Assembly (NCBI RefSeq): GCF_965224175.1
Contig: NZ_OZ245041.1
Span: forward strand, 1,456,249 to 1,520,248
Direction: 5' to 3'
DNA length: 64,000 nt
DNA from: Kordia sp.
Lineage (GTDB): Bacteria; Bacteroidota; Bacteroidia; Flavobacteriales; Flavobacteriaceae
Shown: positions 1 through 9,361 of the stretch, piece after piece
Layout: each line of letters starts with the position of its first letter
How positions within the stretch are numbered: the first letter of the stretch is position 1
Translations under genes and position numbers: made by a program
Notes under the pieces: generated by a model
Told to the model about the DNA's origin: nothing
Database searches by the model: none
Seen by the model: only the letters and a program-made list of their open reading frames with translations

Positions 1-819
1 AAGTATTTTTTGATGAAATCCTGCATCAAAGAAAATTAACGTTCCAACAATCATAACAAATGGAAACATTCCGATAGGAAATAATACACGCGTAAATACA
101 TGAAAAAATACGACTAATGCAAAAGCAATTAAACGTGTTCTTTTGTAGAGTAGTAAAAACGGAATACATAAATCATATAGCATTCCTGACCAACTCATGG
201 CAAAGTGAAACCAGTTTTGTTGCATTAAAGATTCACCAATAATTGGTAAATCGTATTTTGAAGGCAGCCATATTTTTAGTGGTTGCGCTTTGAATAACCA
301 ATCTGAATTAATTTTTGCCAAACCTGCGTAGAAGTATACAATTCCAAGTAAAAGCTTAATCGAATCAATAGTCCACTTCGGAATTTGCTCGTAGGTTCTT
401 TTTCTCAATAAATTGTCAATAGAAAATGTAGCATTCGCAGGAAGGAAAATCATCAAAAAGCTCAAAATACTAATAAAATAATAGTGATTGAGATAGGTTG
501 TTTTTTCCATCAATTCGATATACGTAAAACTCAAAAAAAACGTGATGATTGCCAATCGATATTTGAGTCCGAGTGCAACAAAAAATGCTGACAGTCCGCA
601 AAGAATAAAAATTAAATACGTGTAGTTTCCAATAGGTTTTACCCATTCAAAACCATAATACGAAAAATGAAAAGTTGGTTCGAGATATACACTTTCTATC
701 CAGCCGTGCGCCCAAAAACGTATAATTCCATAACACATCATCAACCCAAAACCAATACGAAAAACCGCTAATGGTGCCGCATTTGTTTCTTCTTGTATGT
801 ATGTTAAAAAACGATTCAC
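1..819 (-). CDS. HTTM-domain (vitamin K-dependent gamma-carboxylase-like) membrane protein; 3' end runs off the window
   Basis: Not in the ORF track. Manual translation from GTG at 819 gives VNRFLTYIQEETNAAPLAVFRIGFGLMM...YIELMEKTTYLNHYYF..., in frame with ...FVMIVGTLIFFDAGFHQKIL at the window edge. LAVFRIxFG and YLNHYYF are HTTM hallmarks. Confidence 0.85.
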   Translation of the reverse strand, partial: MNRFLTYIQEETNAAPLAVFRIGFGLMMCYGIIRFWAHGWIESVYLEPTFHFSYYGFEWVKPIGNYTYLIFILCGLSAFFVALGLKYRLAIITFFLSFTYIELMEKTTYLNHYYFISILSFLMIFLPANATFSIDNLLRKRTYEQIPKWTIDSIKLLLGIVYFYAGLAKINSDWLFKAQPLKIWLPSKYDLPIIGESLMQQNWFHFAMSWSGMLYDLCIPFLLLYKRTRLIAFALVVFFHVFTRVLFPIGMFPFVMIVGTLIFFDAGFHQKIL

Positions 820-907
820 TCGATAATCGAGGTTTTAATGTTTTAACGCGTACGTTAAAATACTTTTACTAGTTTCTTCACACTTCGTGGACTTTCCCCG
901 AAGTAGT
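815..907 (-). repeat. Copy A of a ~95-bp hairpin-rich dispersed intergenic element (REP/MITE-like)
   Basis: Reverse complement ACTACTTCGGGGAAAGTCCACGAAG...GAAACTAGTAAAAGTATTT...CATTAAAACCTCGATTATCGAGTGAA aligns by eye with 20430-20525. Confidence 0.7.
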
Positions 908-971
908 AGTTTTTATACAAAAAAAGGCTGCCTTATTACGACAACCTTGTTTTATTAATCAATTTTGCTGT

Positions 972-2081
972 TTAGTCTCCATCTGCGTCTACATAATCAA
1001 CACTGATGTTAAATGCTTGTAACATGTCAACTTTTAATAAAACAACAGCGGCTTGTAGCGCATCATACGCTTCTGTCATTTTGGTATTGTCAGTATTTAT
1101 TTGAGTGATAAAATTCGAATTTAAGGCTTGAATTTTACCGCGAGCAGTATTGAACTGATTATTAATTAAAGTAGCTAATTCAGTTCTTTCTAAAGATGTT
1201 AAGTATGTTTTGAAGCTTTCGCCAGTAGCGCTACCTCCAAATTGTGTTCCGTTGAATATATTTTGTACCGCAGTTAAAGCTTCTAAAGCTAATTCTTTTG
1301 ATGCTTCTTCGTTGTAAAATCCTTCTACTCTATCTGGTAAAGATGTTGAAGAGAAGTTTCCTGCTGGAATTCCAATTTTGTTAGCTCTTAATCCTTTTTC
1401 GTAGTAAAAAATAAAGTCGTTTACAAATTTGTTTGCTGCACTTGTCGCTGTATTTGAAGTACTTGCTACAAATGTATCTCTGTATGAAGATGTCCAGTCG
1501 TTTAGTACAGACTGTGTCAACATTTGCATTTGATCTACAAGATCAGAAAGGTATGTTTTGTATTTAGCTGCGTCTGTAGCTGTCGTGTATTTGTTTACAA
1601 TTTCGGCATCTGTACCTGCAAGTCCGTATAGCATATAATCTAATGCTGGAAAACCAACTGCATCATTGTTATTTGGATGCCCTAAATCATAACTTCCGCT
1701 TGCTACATTGTTTTCCACATCTGTAGTGTTTACAGGATATGTATTCATTTGGAAATAATAAAGCGTTTGCTCAGCTAGTCCAATGTTGAAAGATTCTACA
1801 TGTTGCCAAGCTTTATAGGCAGTTAACCAAGCAGTACGTAATGCATCAAGATTTGCTTGATTTGGTGTCGTATTAAAATTATCTTTTGCAGTTACCAAAG
1901 CACCTAAATCTGTGTTTAAGTTTTGGTATGATGGAATAACGATGTTATCTGCAATGTTTTCTAACATTGCTGCTCTATCAAATGTAGTTCCATTTCCTCC
2001 TCCAGGAGCTGGAGAATCATCACTTGAACTACAAGCAACAATAAATAAAGCTAAAAGTACTATTGAAAAAATCTTCTTCAT
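972..2081 (-). CDS. Imelysin-family (IrpA/EfeO-like, peptidase M75 fold) iron-regulated lipoprotein
   Basis: Lipobox IVAC followed by acidic SSSDD; AW...W...F.IG motif; GFPALDYMLY (GxHxxE-equivalent position); C-terminal DADGD typical of flavobacterial imelysins. Confidence 0.85.
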   Translation of the reverse strand: MKKIFSIVLLALFIVACSSSDDSPAPGGGNGTTFDRAAMLENIADNIVIPSYQNLNTDLGALVTAKDNFNTTPNQANLDALRTAWLTAYKAWQHVESFNIGLAEQTLYYFQMNTYPVNTTDVENNVASGSYDLGHPNNNDAVGFPALDYMLYGLAGTDAEIVNKYTTATDAAKYKTYLSDLVDQMQMLTQSVLNDWTSSYRDTFVASTSNTATSAANKFVNDFIFYYEKGLRANKIGIPAGNFSSTSLPDRVEGFYNEEASKELALEALTAVQNIFNGTQFGGSATGESFKTYLTSLERTELATLINNQFNTARGKIQALNSNFITQINTDNTKMTEAYDALQAAVVLLKVDMLQAFNISVDYVDADGD

Positions 2082-2086
2082 ATTTC

Positions 2087-2109
2087 TTATTTCTATTTAT
2101 TCTAAATAA
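2087..2109. promoter_or_regulatory. Candidate palindromic operator, consensus TTATTTAGAAT-N-ATTCTAAATAA (site 1)
   Basis: TTATTTCTATT-T-ATTCTAAATAA lies between the TATTTTTG -7 element (2116-2123, minus strand) and the imelysin start. The right half is perfect. Confidence 0.5.
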
Positions 2110-2122
2110 ACAGTGCAAAAAT

Positions 2123-2165
2123 AAAAAAGTAGCAAATGGTATCCTAATACATTTGCTACTTTTTT
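2123..2165 (-). terminator. Intrinsic terminator-like hairpin after the DUF4856 gene
   Basis: AAAAAAGTAGCAAATG-11 nt-CATTTGCTACTTTTTT. Confidence 0.8.
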
Positions 2166-2187
2166 ATATTAATTCTAAATAATTTTC

Positions 2188-3396
2188 CTAGTTGGCAGCT
2201 TGTGCTGTAGTAAAGCTGAATTCAGCTGAAATTGCGTCAGAAATTTGGTCTAATGTTGTGTCAGTTACATCCCAAAAACCATTTCCAGCCATTAACTGAT
2301 CAATAAATCCATCAACTTCTGCTTTTGTGAAATAAGGTTCATTTGTTCCTGGCTTACGTGTAAATTGTAAACTGTAGATAAATCCGTATCCTTCAGATAA
2401 ATCATGGAAAGCACTTGCATTATCAGTTCCTAAGTTATTTTTTCCTTGTTGTAAGTAATATACAGCTCTTACGGCGATAACTGTAGAGATTTTTTCTCTA
2501 ATAATGTCAGCTTGTGCATCACGTACTGTATAATTTTTAGCAACAATAGCAGCTCTTCCTAATTTGAACGCTTCATATACTTCAGAGGCAATTCCTCCAA
2601 AATCTGTATCGTTTTCAACTCTTTGAAGATATTTGTTCATGAAGCTGTCTTGGTTCAATATTGGTGCAGTAGCACTATCAGTTCCATATAAATATCCAAA
2701 TGCTTCATCCCATTTGTGCTCCATTGTTGTATAGTTTTTACCTTCTGCAAGTGTTCCTGCATCATTGTCTGCTCTGTTATCTCCAGCATCTAATACAGAA
2801 GTACTTAAGTAGTTGTTTAACATTTGATCAGCCATTAATGCTCCAATCAAACCTTTGTTTACAGCTTGGTTATACTCTAAACCTTTTCCGTTGATATAAC
2901 GTGTAGATCCTCCACCAGCTTCTTGTAACTGTCCTGGGTTTCCTGCAGTTGCATTGTTAGTCCAAGCTGGAAATACTTCTGATACTTGTGCTGCGATCCA
3001 TGAATCAAAATCTGCTTTGATTGCGTTTGCTTCTGTTGTATTAGCTGAGAAATAATCTGAAGAAGCAGCTGTTTTGCTACGAATACTTTTTCCTGATGCA
3101 TTTAAATCTGCATCACTAAAATCATTATTTCCTTCTTCGTGTGCAAACATTCCATCTAATGATGCTTCAGTTCTTGAATTGTCTTTTAGAGCATCAATAA
3201 ATTCTTCTCCCATTTCAATTCTTGTAGTCTGTCCGCTGTAACTTACAGTTGTGTTTCCTCCTCTTGTAAATGCATATGTTGCTGGTGCAATTACTTCTGG
3301 TTCTGGAGTTGTAGTCATTCCTGCGTCGTCATCACTTGAACATGATGTGAATACAAATGTTGAAAGTGTCAATAATCCTAGGATTGCTTTTTTCAT
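2188..3396 (-). CDS. DUF4856-family surface lipoprotein (iron-uptake locus)
   Basis: Start moved to MKKAIL (3396) because a -7 promoter element overlaps the ORF-track start. Lipobox FTSC + SSDDD; TVSYSGQTTR and MEHKWDEAFGY motifs; adjacent to imelysin. Confidence 0.8.
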   Translation of the reverse strand: MKKAILGLLTLSTFVFTSCSSDDDAGMTTTPEPEVIAPATYAFTRGGNTTVSYSGQTTRIEMGEEFIDALKDNSRTEASLDGMFAHEEGNNDFSDADLNASGKSIRSKTAASSDYFSANTTEANAIKADFDSWIAAQVSEVFPAWTNNATAGNPGQLQEAGGGSTRYINGKGLEYNQAVNKGLIGALMADQMLNNYLSTSVLDAGDNRADNDAGTLAEGKNYTTMEHKWDEAFGYLYGTDSATAPILNQDSFMNKYLQRVENDTDFGGIASEVYEAFKLGRAAIVAKNYTVRDAQADIIREKISTVIAVRAVYYLQQGKNNLGTDNASAFHDLSEGYGFIYSLQFTRKPGTNEPYFTKAEVDGFIDQLMAGNGFWDVTDTTLDQISDAISAEFSFTTAQAAN

Positions 3397-3432
3397 TATG
3401 ATTGTTTTAAATGGTATTATTTTTTGTTTTGG

Positions 3433-3440
3433 CAAATATA
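3433..3440 (-). promoter_or_regulatory. Bacteroidota sigma70 -7 element (TATATTTG)
   Basis: Matches TAnnTTTG, 37 nt upstream of the ATG at 3396. Confidence 0.55.
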
Positions 3441-3465
3441 TTATGGGATTTTGAATTGAGCAAGC

Positions 3466-3488
3466 TTATTTAGAATTAATCTTAGTTA
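3466..3488. promoter_or_regulatory. Candidate palindromic operator (site 2)
   Basis: TTATTTAGAAT-T-AATCTTAGTTA. The left half is perfect; the site overlaps the -33 region of the DUF4856 promoter. Confidence 0.5.
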
Positions 3489-3739
3489 AATTAAAAATAA
3501 GAAATTAAAACACTATTAATCAATATCTTAAAACTTAAAACATTGACTGATCTTATTGTTTTTTTCATAAACAGGAATGAAAATACTAGGAGATTTATCT
3601 TTATTTTGCAATATTTTTAAAGGGTAAAATACTTTATTGTGTGTGAAGCATTTATGAATTGCCTAGCTTGAAAATATTAAAGGAAAAGTTATGCAGAAAG
3701 CTATTTGAGTTGAGTAAGAGTCTTTAGAGTTATAAAAGC

Positions 3740-3773
3740 AAAAACCTCGAAACTGAAAAGTTTCGAGGTTTTT
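3740..3773 (-). terminator. Intrinsic terminator
   Basis: AAAAACCTCGAAACT-GAAA-AGTTTCGAGGTTTTT, just downstream of 3799..5058. Confidence 0.85.
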
Positions 3774-3798
3774 TATAAATATATTTTTCTTTAGGAAT

Positions 3799-5058
3799 CT
3801 ACTCTCCCATCAACTCCATTAACTTAGCAGAAACTCTTTTATAAGTTCCATCTTCTAAGCGTGAACGGATAGCTGAAAATGCTTCTAAAGTTTCTTCTAC
3901 ATCTTGTAATGTATGTGAAGCTGTTGGGATCATACGAAGTAATATTAATCCTTTAGGAATTACTGGATATACTACGATTGAACAAAAGATTCCATGGTTT
4001 TCACGTAAATCTTTTACCAACGCCATAGCTTCAGGAATGCTTCCTTTTAAGTATACTGGTGTCACACAACTTTGCGTGGTTCCAATGTCAAAACCACGTT
4101 CTTTTAATCCGCTTTGTAATGCATTTACGATTTTCCAAAGGTTTTGCTTCAATTCTGGCATTGTGCGCAACATATCTAAACGTTTTAACGCTCCAACTAC
4201 CAATTGCATTTGTAATGATTTTGCGAACATTTGTGAACGCAAATTATATTTTAAGTAATCTATTATTTCTTGATCAGCTGCAATGAAAGCTCCTGTACTT
4301 GCCATTGATTTTGCAAATGTTGCAAAGTATACATCAATTTCATCTTGTACTCCTTGCTCTTGTCCAGCTCCAGCTCCAGTTGCTCCTAATGTTCCAAAAC
4401 CGTGAGCATCATCAACAAATAAACGGAAGTTATATTTTTTCTTTAAGGCAACTATTTCTTTTAATTTTCCTTGCTCACCACGCATTCCAAAAACTCCTTC
4501 AGAAATCACTAAGATTCCTCCGCCAGTTTGCTCTGCCATTTTGGTAGCTCTTTCTAAGTTTTTTTCTAAACTTTCAATGTCATTATGTTTAAACGTAAAA
4601 CGTTTTCCCATGTGTAAGCGTACACCATCAATAATACAAGCGTGTGAATCTACATCGTATACAATGATATCATCTTTAGCAACTAATGCATCAACAGTAG
4701 ATACCATTCCTTGATATCCAAAGTTTAGTAGATATGTTGCTTCTTTTCCAACAAATTCTGCCAATTCGTTTTGTAATTGCTCGTGTAAGTCTGTGTGTCC
4801 AGACATCATACGTGCTCCCATTGGATACGCAGATCCGTAAGCTTGCGCTGCTTCCGCATCTATTTTACGTACTTCTGGATGATTTGCCAAACCAAGGTAA
4901 TCGTTAATACTCCAGGTAATCACATCTTTTCCTTGAAACTTCATTCGATTTGAAATCTCTCCTTCTAGTTTCGGAAAAACAAAATATCCTTCTGCCTGTG
5001 ATGCCCATTTTCCTAGTGGTCCTTTGTCCTTGTAAATTTTAGCAAATAAATCCTTCAT
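3799..5058 (-). CDS. capB: PLP-dependent alpha-oxoamine synthase (AONS/KBL/SPT family); probable cysteate-C-fatty acyltransferase of sulfonolipid (capnine) synthesis
   Basis: NDYLGLANHP, HACIIDG, DDAHG and the PLP-Lys motif TFAKS. Lies directly downstream of a CBS-like gene, the arrangement known for the capA-capB pair. The family is certain; the capB assignment is an inference. Confidence 0.65.
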   Translation of the reverse strand: MKDLFAKIYKDKGPLGKWASQAEGYFVFPKLEGEISNRMKFQGKDVITWSINDYLGLANHPEVRKIDAEAAQAYGSAYPMGARMMSGHTDLHEQLQNELAEFVGKEATYLLNFGYQGMVSTVDALVAKDDIIVYDVDSHACIIDGVRLHMGKRFTFKHNDIESLEKNLERATKMAEQTGGGILVISEGVFGMRGEQGKLKEIVALKKKYNFRLFVDDAHGFGTLGATGAGAGQEQGVQDEIDVYFATFAKSMASTGAFIAADQEIIDYLKYNLRSQMFAKSLQMQLVVGALKRLDMLRTMPELKQNLWKIVNALQSGLKERGFDIGTTQSCVTPVYLKGSIPEAMALVKDLRENHGIFCSIVVYPVIPKGLILLRMIPTASHTLQDVEETLEAFSAIRSRLEDGTYKRVSAKLMELMGE

Positions 5059-5233
5059 CTATCTTACGTTTTTCTTTATGTATCAATTCGGGTTATTGTA
5101 ATTTATGAAGTTTTTTTGAAAACTTCAACGGCAAAAATAATTATTTTTATGAGCCTATCATAATTATTACCCTTTTATGTTCGATTGCTATTTTTTTGAG
5201 AAAGTTTTTGAATAATTATTGTTCTTATAAAAG

Positions 5234-5265
5234 AAAAGCAGCATAATTGTTATTATACTGCTTTT
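5234..5265 (-). terminator. Terminator-like hairpin
   Basis: AAAAGCAGcATAAT-tgtt-ATTATaCTGCTTTT. Confidence 0.6.
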
Positions 5266-5291
5266 TAATATGTTAGAATCAAATTTAATTT

Positions 5292-6332
5292 TTATTTGAT
5301 GTATTCTATTTTTTGTGCTTCTTCTAAATTTTTACTATCAAAGAATCCTTGAGAACTCATCCATTCGTCACTGTATACTTTACTCATGTAACGAGAACCG
5401 TGATCTGGAAAGATTACAATTACATTACTATTTTCGTCAAATTCTCCTTCTTCAGCAAGTTGTTCTATTGCTTGCATTGCAGCTCCACTGGTGTAACCTA
5501 CAAATAAACCTTCTGTTTTTGAGATTTCACGAGCTTTGTGTGCGCTTTCTTCGTCTTTTACTTTGATAAATTTATCAATTACATCAAAATCTGTTGCTGT
5601 AGGAATTAAGTTTTTACCTAATCCTTCTATACGATATGGATAGATTTCGTTTGCATCAAATTCTCTTGTTTCGTGGTATTTTTTTAGTACAGAACCATAA
5701 GCATCTACACCTAAAACTCTAATGTTAGGATTTTGCTCTTTTAAGTATTTAGCCGTTCCTGAAATTGTTCCTCCAGTTCCACTACATGCCACAAAGTGCG
5801 TAATTTGTCCATTGGTTTGTTTCCAAATTTCTGGACCTGTACTGTTGTAATGCGCATCAATGTTTAGTTCATTAAAATACTGATTGATGTATACAGAACC
5901 TTTTGTTTCTTCGTGAATACGTTTTGCTACTTGATAGTATGAACGTGGATCATCTGCGCTGACATGTGCTGGACAAACATATACTTTTGCACCCATAGAA
6001 CGCAACATGTCTATTTTATCTTTGGAAGATTTTGAACTTACCGCTAAAATACATTCATATCCTTTGATGATACTCACCATAGCGATACTAAATCCTGTGT
6101 TCCCTGAAGTCGTTTCTATAATGGTATCACCTGGCTTGATGATTCCTTTCTTTTCTGCCTCTTCAATAATATATAAAGCGATTCTATCTTTTGTTGAATG
6201 TCCTGGATTGAATGCCTCAACTTTAGCATAGAAATTTCCTTTGATGTTCTTAGTTATGTGTTTTAACTTTATCAAAGGTGTGTTCCCAATTAGTTCGAGT
6301 ACATTATCAAAAGCATTAATTTGTTGTTCCAT
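5292..6332 (-). CDS. capA: PLP-dependent cysteine synthase / cystathionine beta-synthase family enzyme; probable cysteate synthase
   Basis: [20 protein letters not shown] (PLP Lys), TSGNTG, GTGGT. Synteny with the alpha-oxoamine synthase suggests CapA. Confidence 0.6.
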   Translation of the reverse strand: MEQQINAFDNVLELIGNTPLIKLKHITKNIKGNFYAKVEAFNPGHSTKDRIALYIIEEAEKKGIIKPGDTIIETTSGNTGFSIAMVSIIKGYECILAVSSKSSKDKIDMLRSMGAKVYVCPAHVSADDPRSYYQVAKRIHEETKGSVYINQYFNELNIDAHYNSTGPEIWKQTNGQITHFVACSGTGGTISGTAKYLKEQNPNIRVLGVDAYGSVLKKYHETREFDANEIYPYRIEGLGKNLIPTATDFDVIDKFIKVKDEESAHKAREISKTEGLFVGYTSGAAMQAIEQLAEEGEFDENSNVIVIFPDHGSRYMSKVYSDEWMSSQGFFDSKNLEEAQKIEYIK

Positions 6333-6415
6333 AAAAACTATTAAGTTGGTACAGGGTTTTATTTTTGAGTTTTGAAATTAAGCAAAACCTTGCAAATTTA
6401 AGTTAAATTTTTTAA

Positions 6416-8476
6416 TTACTCCTTTATATTTTCTAAGTCCAGTAAAAACGCGTATTCTTCAGCCACTTCCTTCAAAGATTCAAAACGCCCTGAGGCACCT
6501 CCGTGTCCTGCATCCATATTTGTATGTAATAGTAAAATATTATTGTCGGTTTTCATATCTCGCAGCTTAGCAACCCACTTTGCAGGTTCCCAATATTGAA
6601 CTTGTGAATCGTGTAAACCAGTTGTTACGAGCATGTGTGGATACGCTTTTGTTTCTACATTGTCATATGGCGAATATGATTTCATATATTCATAGTATTC
6701 TTTTTCATTCGGATTTCCCCATTCATCATATTCTCCTGTTGTTAACGGAATACTATCGTCTAACATTGTGGTAATTACATCTACAAATGGAACCGAAGCA
6801 ATAATTCCATTGTACAACTCTGGATTCATATTTGCGATAGCTCCCATTAGTAATCCTCCAGCACTTCCGCCAGAAGCGTATAAATGTTCAGGTGACGTGT
6901 ATTTTTGTTCAATTAAGTATTTAGAACAATCAATAAAATCTGTAAAGGTATTTTTCTTAGCTTCTAGTTTTCCATCATCATACCAATTTCTACCTAAGTA
7001 TTCTCCTCCGCGAACATGTGCAATTACATAAATGAATCCTCTATCAAGTAAACTTAAACGAGAAGAGGAAAAATAAGGATCAATAGTAGAACCATATGAA
7101 CCATACGCATATTGTAATACTGGATTGTTTCCGTCTTTTTTGATTCCTTTTTTATACACTACCGACATTGGAATTTTAGTACCATCTGCCGAAGTTGCCC
7201 ATAAACGTTCTGAAACATAATTATTTTTGTCAAACTTCCCACCAAGAACCTCTTGTTCTTTTTTGATATCTTTTGCTTTTGTGACCATGTTGAAGTCAAT
7301 CACAGAAGCTGGTGTTGTCATGGAGTTGTATGTGTAGCGTAATATTTCGGTATCAAAGTCTACATTTATGTTTGTATTTGCTGTATACGTTTCATTGTCA
7401 AATGGCAAATAGTAATCTGCTGTTCCGTCCCAACGAATGATTCTAATTTTATTTAAACCATTATTACGTTCGCTCAGCACATAAAAGTCTTTAAATATTT
7501 CAATATCTTCTAGTAAAACATCGACGCGATGTGGTACCATATCTTCCCAAGATTCCATTCCTGTTTTATCTTCAGGAGTTCTAGATAGCTTAAAGTTGAT
7601 GGCGTTGTCTTTGTTGCTCATTACGTAGAAATGATCTCCATAATGCGAAATACCATATTCTAAGCCACGAACACGAGGTTGAAATACTCTAAATTCTCCA
7701 TCAGGGTTATCTGCTTCCAAAATCCTATATTCCATTGTCAACGTACTATATGAGCCTATGACTAAATATTTTCTAGATTTGGTTTTGTATACAAATGTGA
7801 TATAAGTTTCGTCTTCTTCATGAAAAACTACAGTATCATTAGCAACATCATCACCTAGTTTATGTTTATAGATTTTTTCTGAACGTAATGTTTGTTCGTC
7901 TTTATTTGCATAGAACAAAGTAGTATTGTCTGCTGCCCAAGTTGAACTTCCTGTCGTATTTTCAATACGTTCTTTATATACTTCACCTGTTTCCAAGTTT
8001 TTTATATGAATTACATATTGCCTTCTACTTACAGTATCTACACCATAAGCTACTAATTTATTGTTAGGACTTACGCTAATTCCAGAAAGTTTGTAGTACG
8101 AATGGTCTTTTGCCATTTCATTGACATCAAACAGAATTTCTTCTGGCGCATCTAAAGATTCTTTTTTGCGCGTGTGAATTGGGTAATCTTTTCCTTCTTC
8201 AAATTTTTTAATATACCAATACCCATTTAACTTGTATGGTACAGAAGCATCATCTTCTTTGATTCTGCCTTTTAACTCTTCAAATAAGTCTTTTTGAAAA
8301 TCCTTTGTATGCGCAGTCATTTCATCATTGTAAGCGTTTTCAGCATTCAAATACGCAATTACTTCAGGGTTTTCTCTATCATTTAACCAATAATAGTTAT
8401 CAATTCTAATATCACCATGTTTTTCAAGATTTGTAGGCTTCTTGTCAACTGTTGGTACTGATATATTTTTTTTCAT
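6416..8476 (-). CDS. ptrB: Oligopeptidase B (S9A prolyl oligopeptidase family)
   Basis: DNYYWL, GGSAGG (catalytic Ser), HDSQV (Asp), AGHGGASGRF (His). Confidence 0.92.
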   Translation of the reverse strand: MKKNISVPTVDKKPTNLEKHGDIRIDNYYWLNDRENPEVIAYLNAENAYNDEMTAHTKDFQKDLFEELKGRIKEDDASVPYKLNGYWYIKKFEEGKDYPIHTRKKESLDAPEEILFDVNEMAKDHSYYKLSGISVSPNNKLVAYGVDTVSRRQYVIHIKNLETGEVYKERIENTTGSSTWAADNTTLFYANKDEQTLRSEKIYKHKLGDDVANDTVVFHEEDETYITFVYKTKSRKYLVIGSYSTLTMEYRILEADNPDGEFRVFQPRVRGLEYGISHYGDHFYVMSNKDNAINFKLSRTPEDKTGMESWEDMVPHRVDVLLEDIEIFKDFYVLSERNNGLNKIRIIRWDGTADYYLPFDNETYTANTNINVDFDTEILRYTYNSMTTPASVIDFNMVTKAKDIKKEQEVLGGKFDKNNYVSERLWATSADGTKIPMSVVYKKGIKKDGNNPVLQYAYGSYGSTIDPYFSSSRLSLLDRGFIYVIAHVRGGEYLGRNWYDDGKLEAKKNTFTDFIDCSKYLIEQKYTSPEHLYASGGSAGGLLMGAIANMNPELYNGIIASVPFVDVITTMLDDSIPLTTGEYDEWGNPNEKEYYEYMKSYSPYDNVETKAYPHMLVTTGLHDSQVQYWEPAKWVAKLRDMKTDNNILLLHTNMDAGHGGASGRFESLKEVAEEYAFLLDLENIKE

Positions 8477-8612
8477 GTATAGTATGTTCTTATTACAGGA
8501 ATTTGTAAGTATAAAATTAATTAACAGTGCGGTTACTTTTTTTCATTTGAAAAGTATGCTAAAAGTCCACAATTTAATAATTTTGTAAAAATTAACCTTT
8601 AATTATATATAA

Positions 8613-8936
8613 ATGTTTGGAGATTTAATGGGAATGATGGGTAAATTGAAAGAAACCCAGAAAAAAGTAGAAGAGACAAAGCAACGATTACATTCTGTTT
8701 TGATTGATGAAAAAAGTTCTGATAACTTGTTAAACGTTACTGTGACAGCAAATCGAGAAATTAAGTCAATTCAAATTTCAGATGAATTATTAGAAGATAA
8801 AGAGCAACTTGAAGATTATTTAATTTTAACATTAAATAAAGCCATTAAACGTGCTGGAGAAGTTCACGAAACAGAAGTTGCTGCTGTTGCTAAAGATGGT
8901 ATGCCAAATATTCCTGGCATGGATATGTTTTCATAA
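8613..8936 (+). CDS. YbaB/EbfC family nucleoid-associated protein
   Basis: [19 protein letters not shown]...VTVTAN..IKSI.I...LEDYL..TLNKA. Confidence 0.9.
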   Translation: MFGDLMGMMGKLKETQKKVEETKQRLHSVLIDEKSSDNLLNVTVTANREIKSIQISDELLEDKEQLEDYLILTLNKAIKRAGEVHETEVAAVAKDGMPNIPGMDMFS

Positions 8937-8961
8937 ACATAAAAACATACATAAATACTTC

Positions 8962-8991
8962 AAAAGAGTTACTGTAAAAAGTAACTCTTTT
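8962..8991 (+). terminator. Intrinsic terminator
   Basis: AAAAGAGTTACT-gtaaaa-AGTAACTCTTTT plus a T-run. Confidence 0.85.
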
Positions 8992-9108
8992 TTTATTTCC
9001 AGAAATCAAAAGACGCTTTTCAGAAATTAATTTGAAGCCATTTTCTTATTTGATATTAAGTTTAACCTGTCGACATTAAACATTTATAAACATTAAAATC
9101 ATTTTATT

Positions 9109-9330
9109 ATGAAAAAGACAAAATTTTCTGAAAAATTACAATTAAACAAAAATGTGGTTTCTAATTTAGATAGCAACTATATTGTCGGAGGTGGTCCTAC
9201 TTGGCAATTTACTTGTCTAGACGATTGTATTTCTGTAAATGCAAAAAAATATGCTTGTCATCATCCAATCTATACAGACGATTGTCCAGGTTCTGTAGGT
9301 TGCGAACCTGTTTCTGCAGTAAACTGCTAA
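9109..9330 (+). CDS. Double-glycine leader peptide; Bacteroidota class I lanthipeptide-like precursor (6 Cys)
   Basis: Leader KLQLNKNVVSNL...IVGG; core GPTWQFTCLDDCISVNAKKYACHHPIYTDDCPGSVGCEPVSAVNC. Confidence 0.7.
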   Translation: MKKTKFSEKLQLNKNVVSNLDSNYIVGGGPTWQFTCLDDCISVNAKKYACHHPIYTDDCPGSVGCEPVSAVNC

Positions 9331-9361
9331 TTCAATAATTTACTACTTAAAAACAAATATT

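Noticed and set aside
3397-3435. ORF-track N-terminal extensions (also 17818, 25341, 27042, 40960, 41577, 44285, 45780, 52151, 57892)
   Set aside because: Downstream ATGs give proper signal peptides or lipoboxes, or avoid overlap with promoters and neighbouring genes, so the shorter starts were used.
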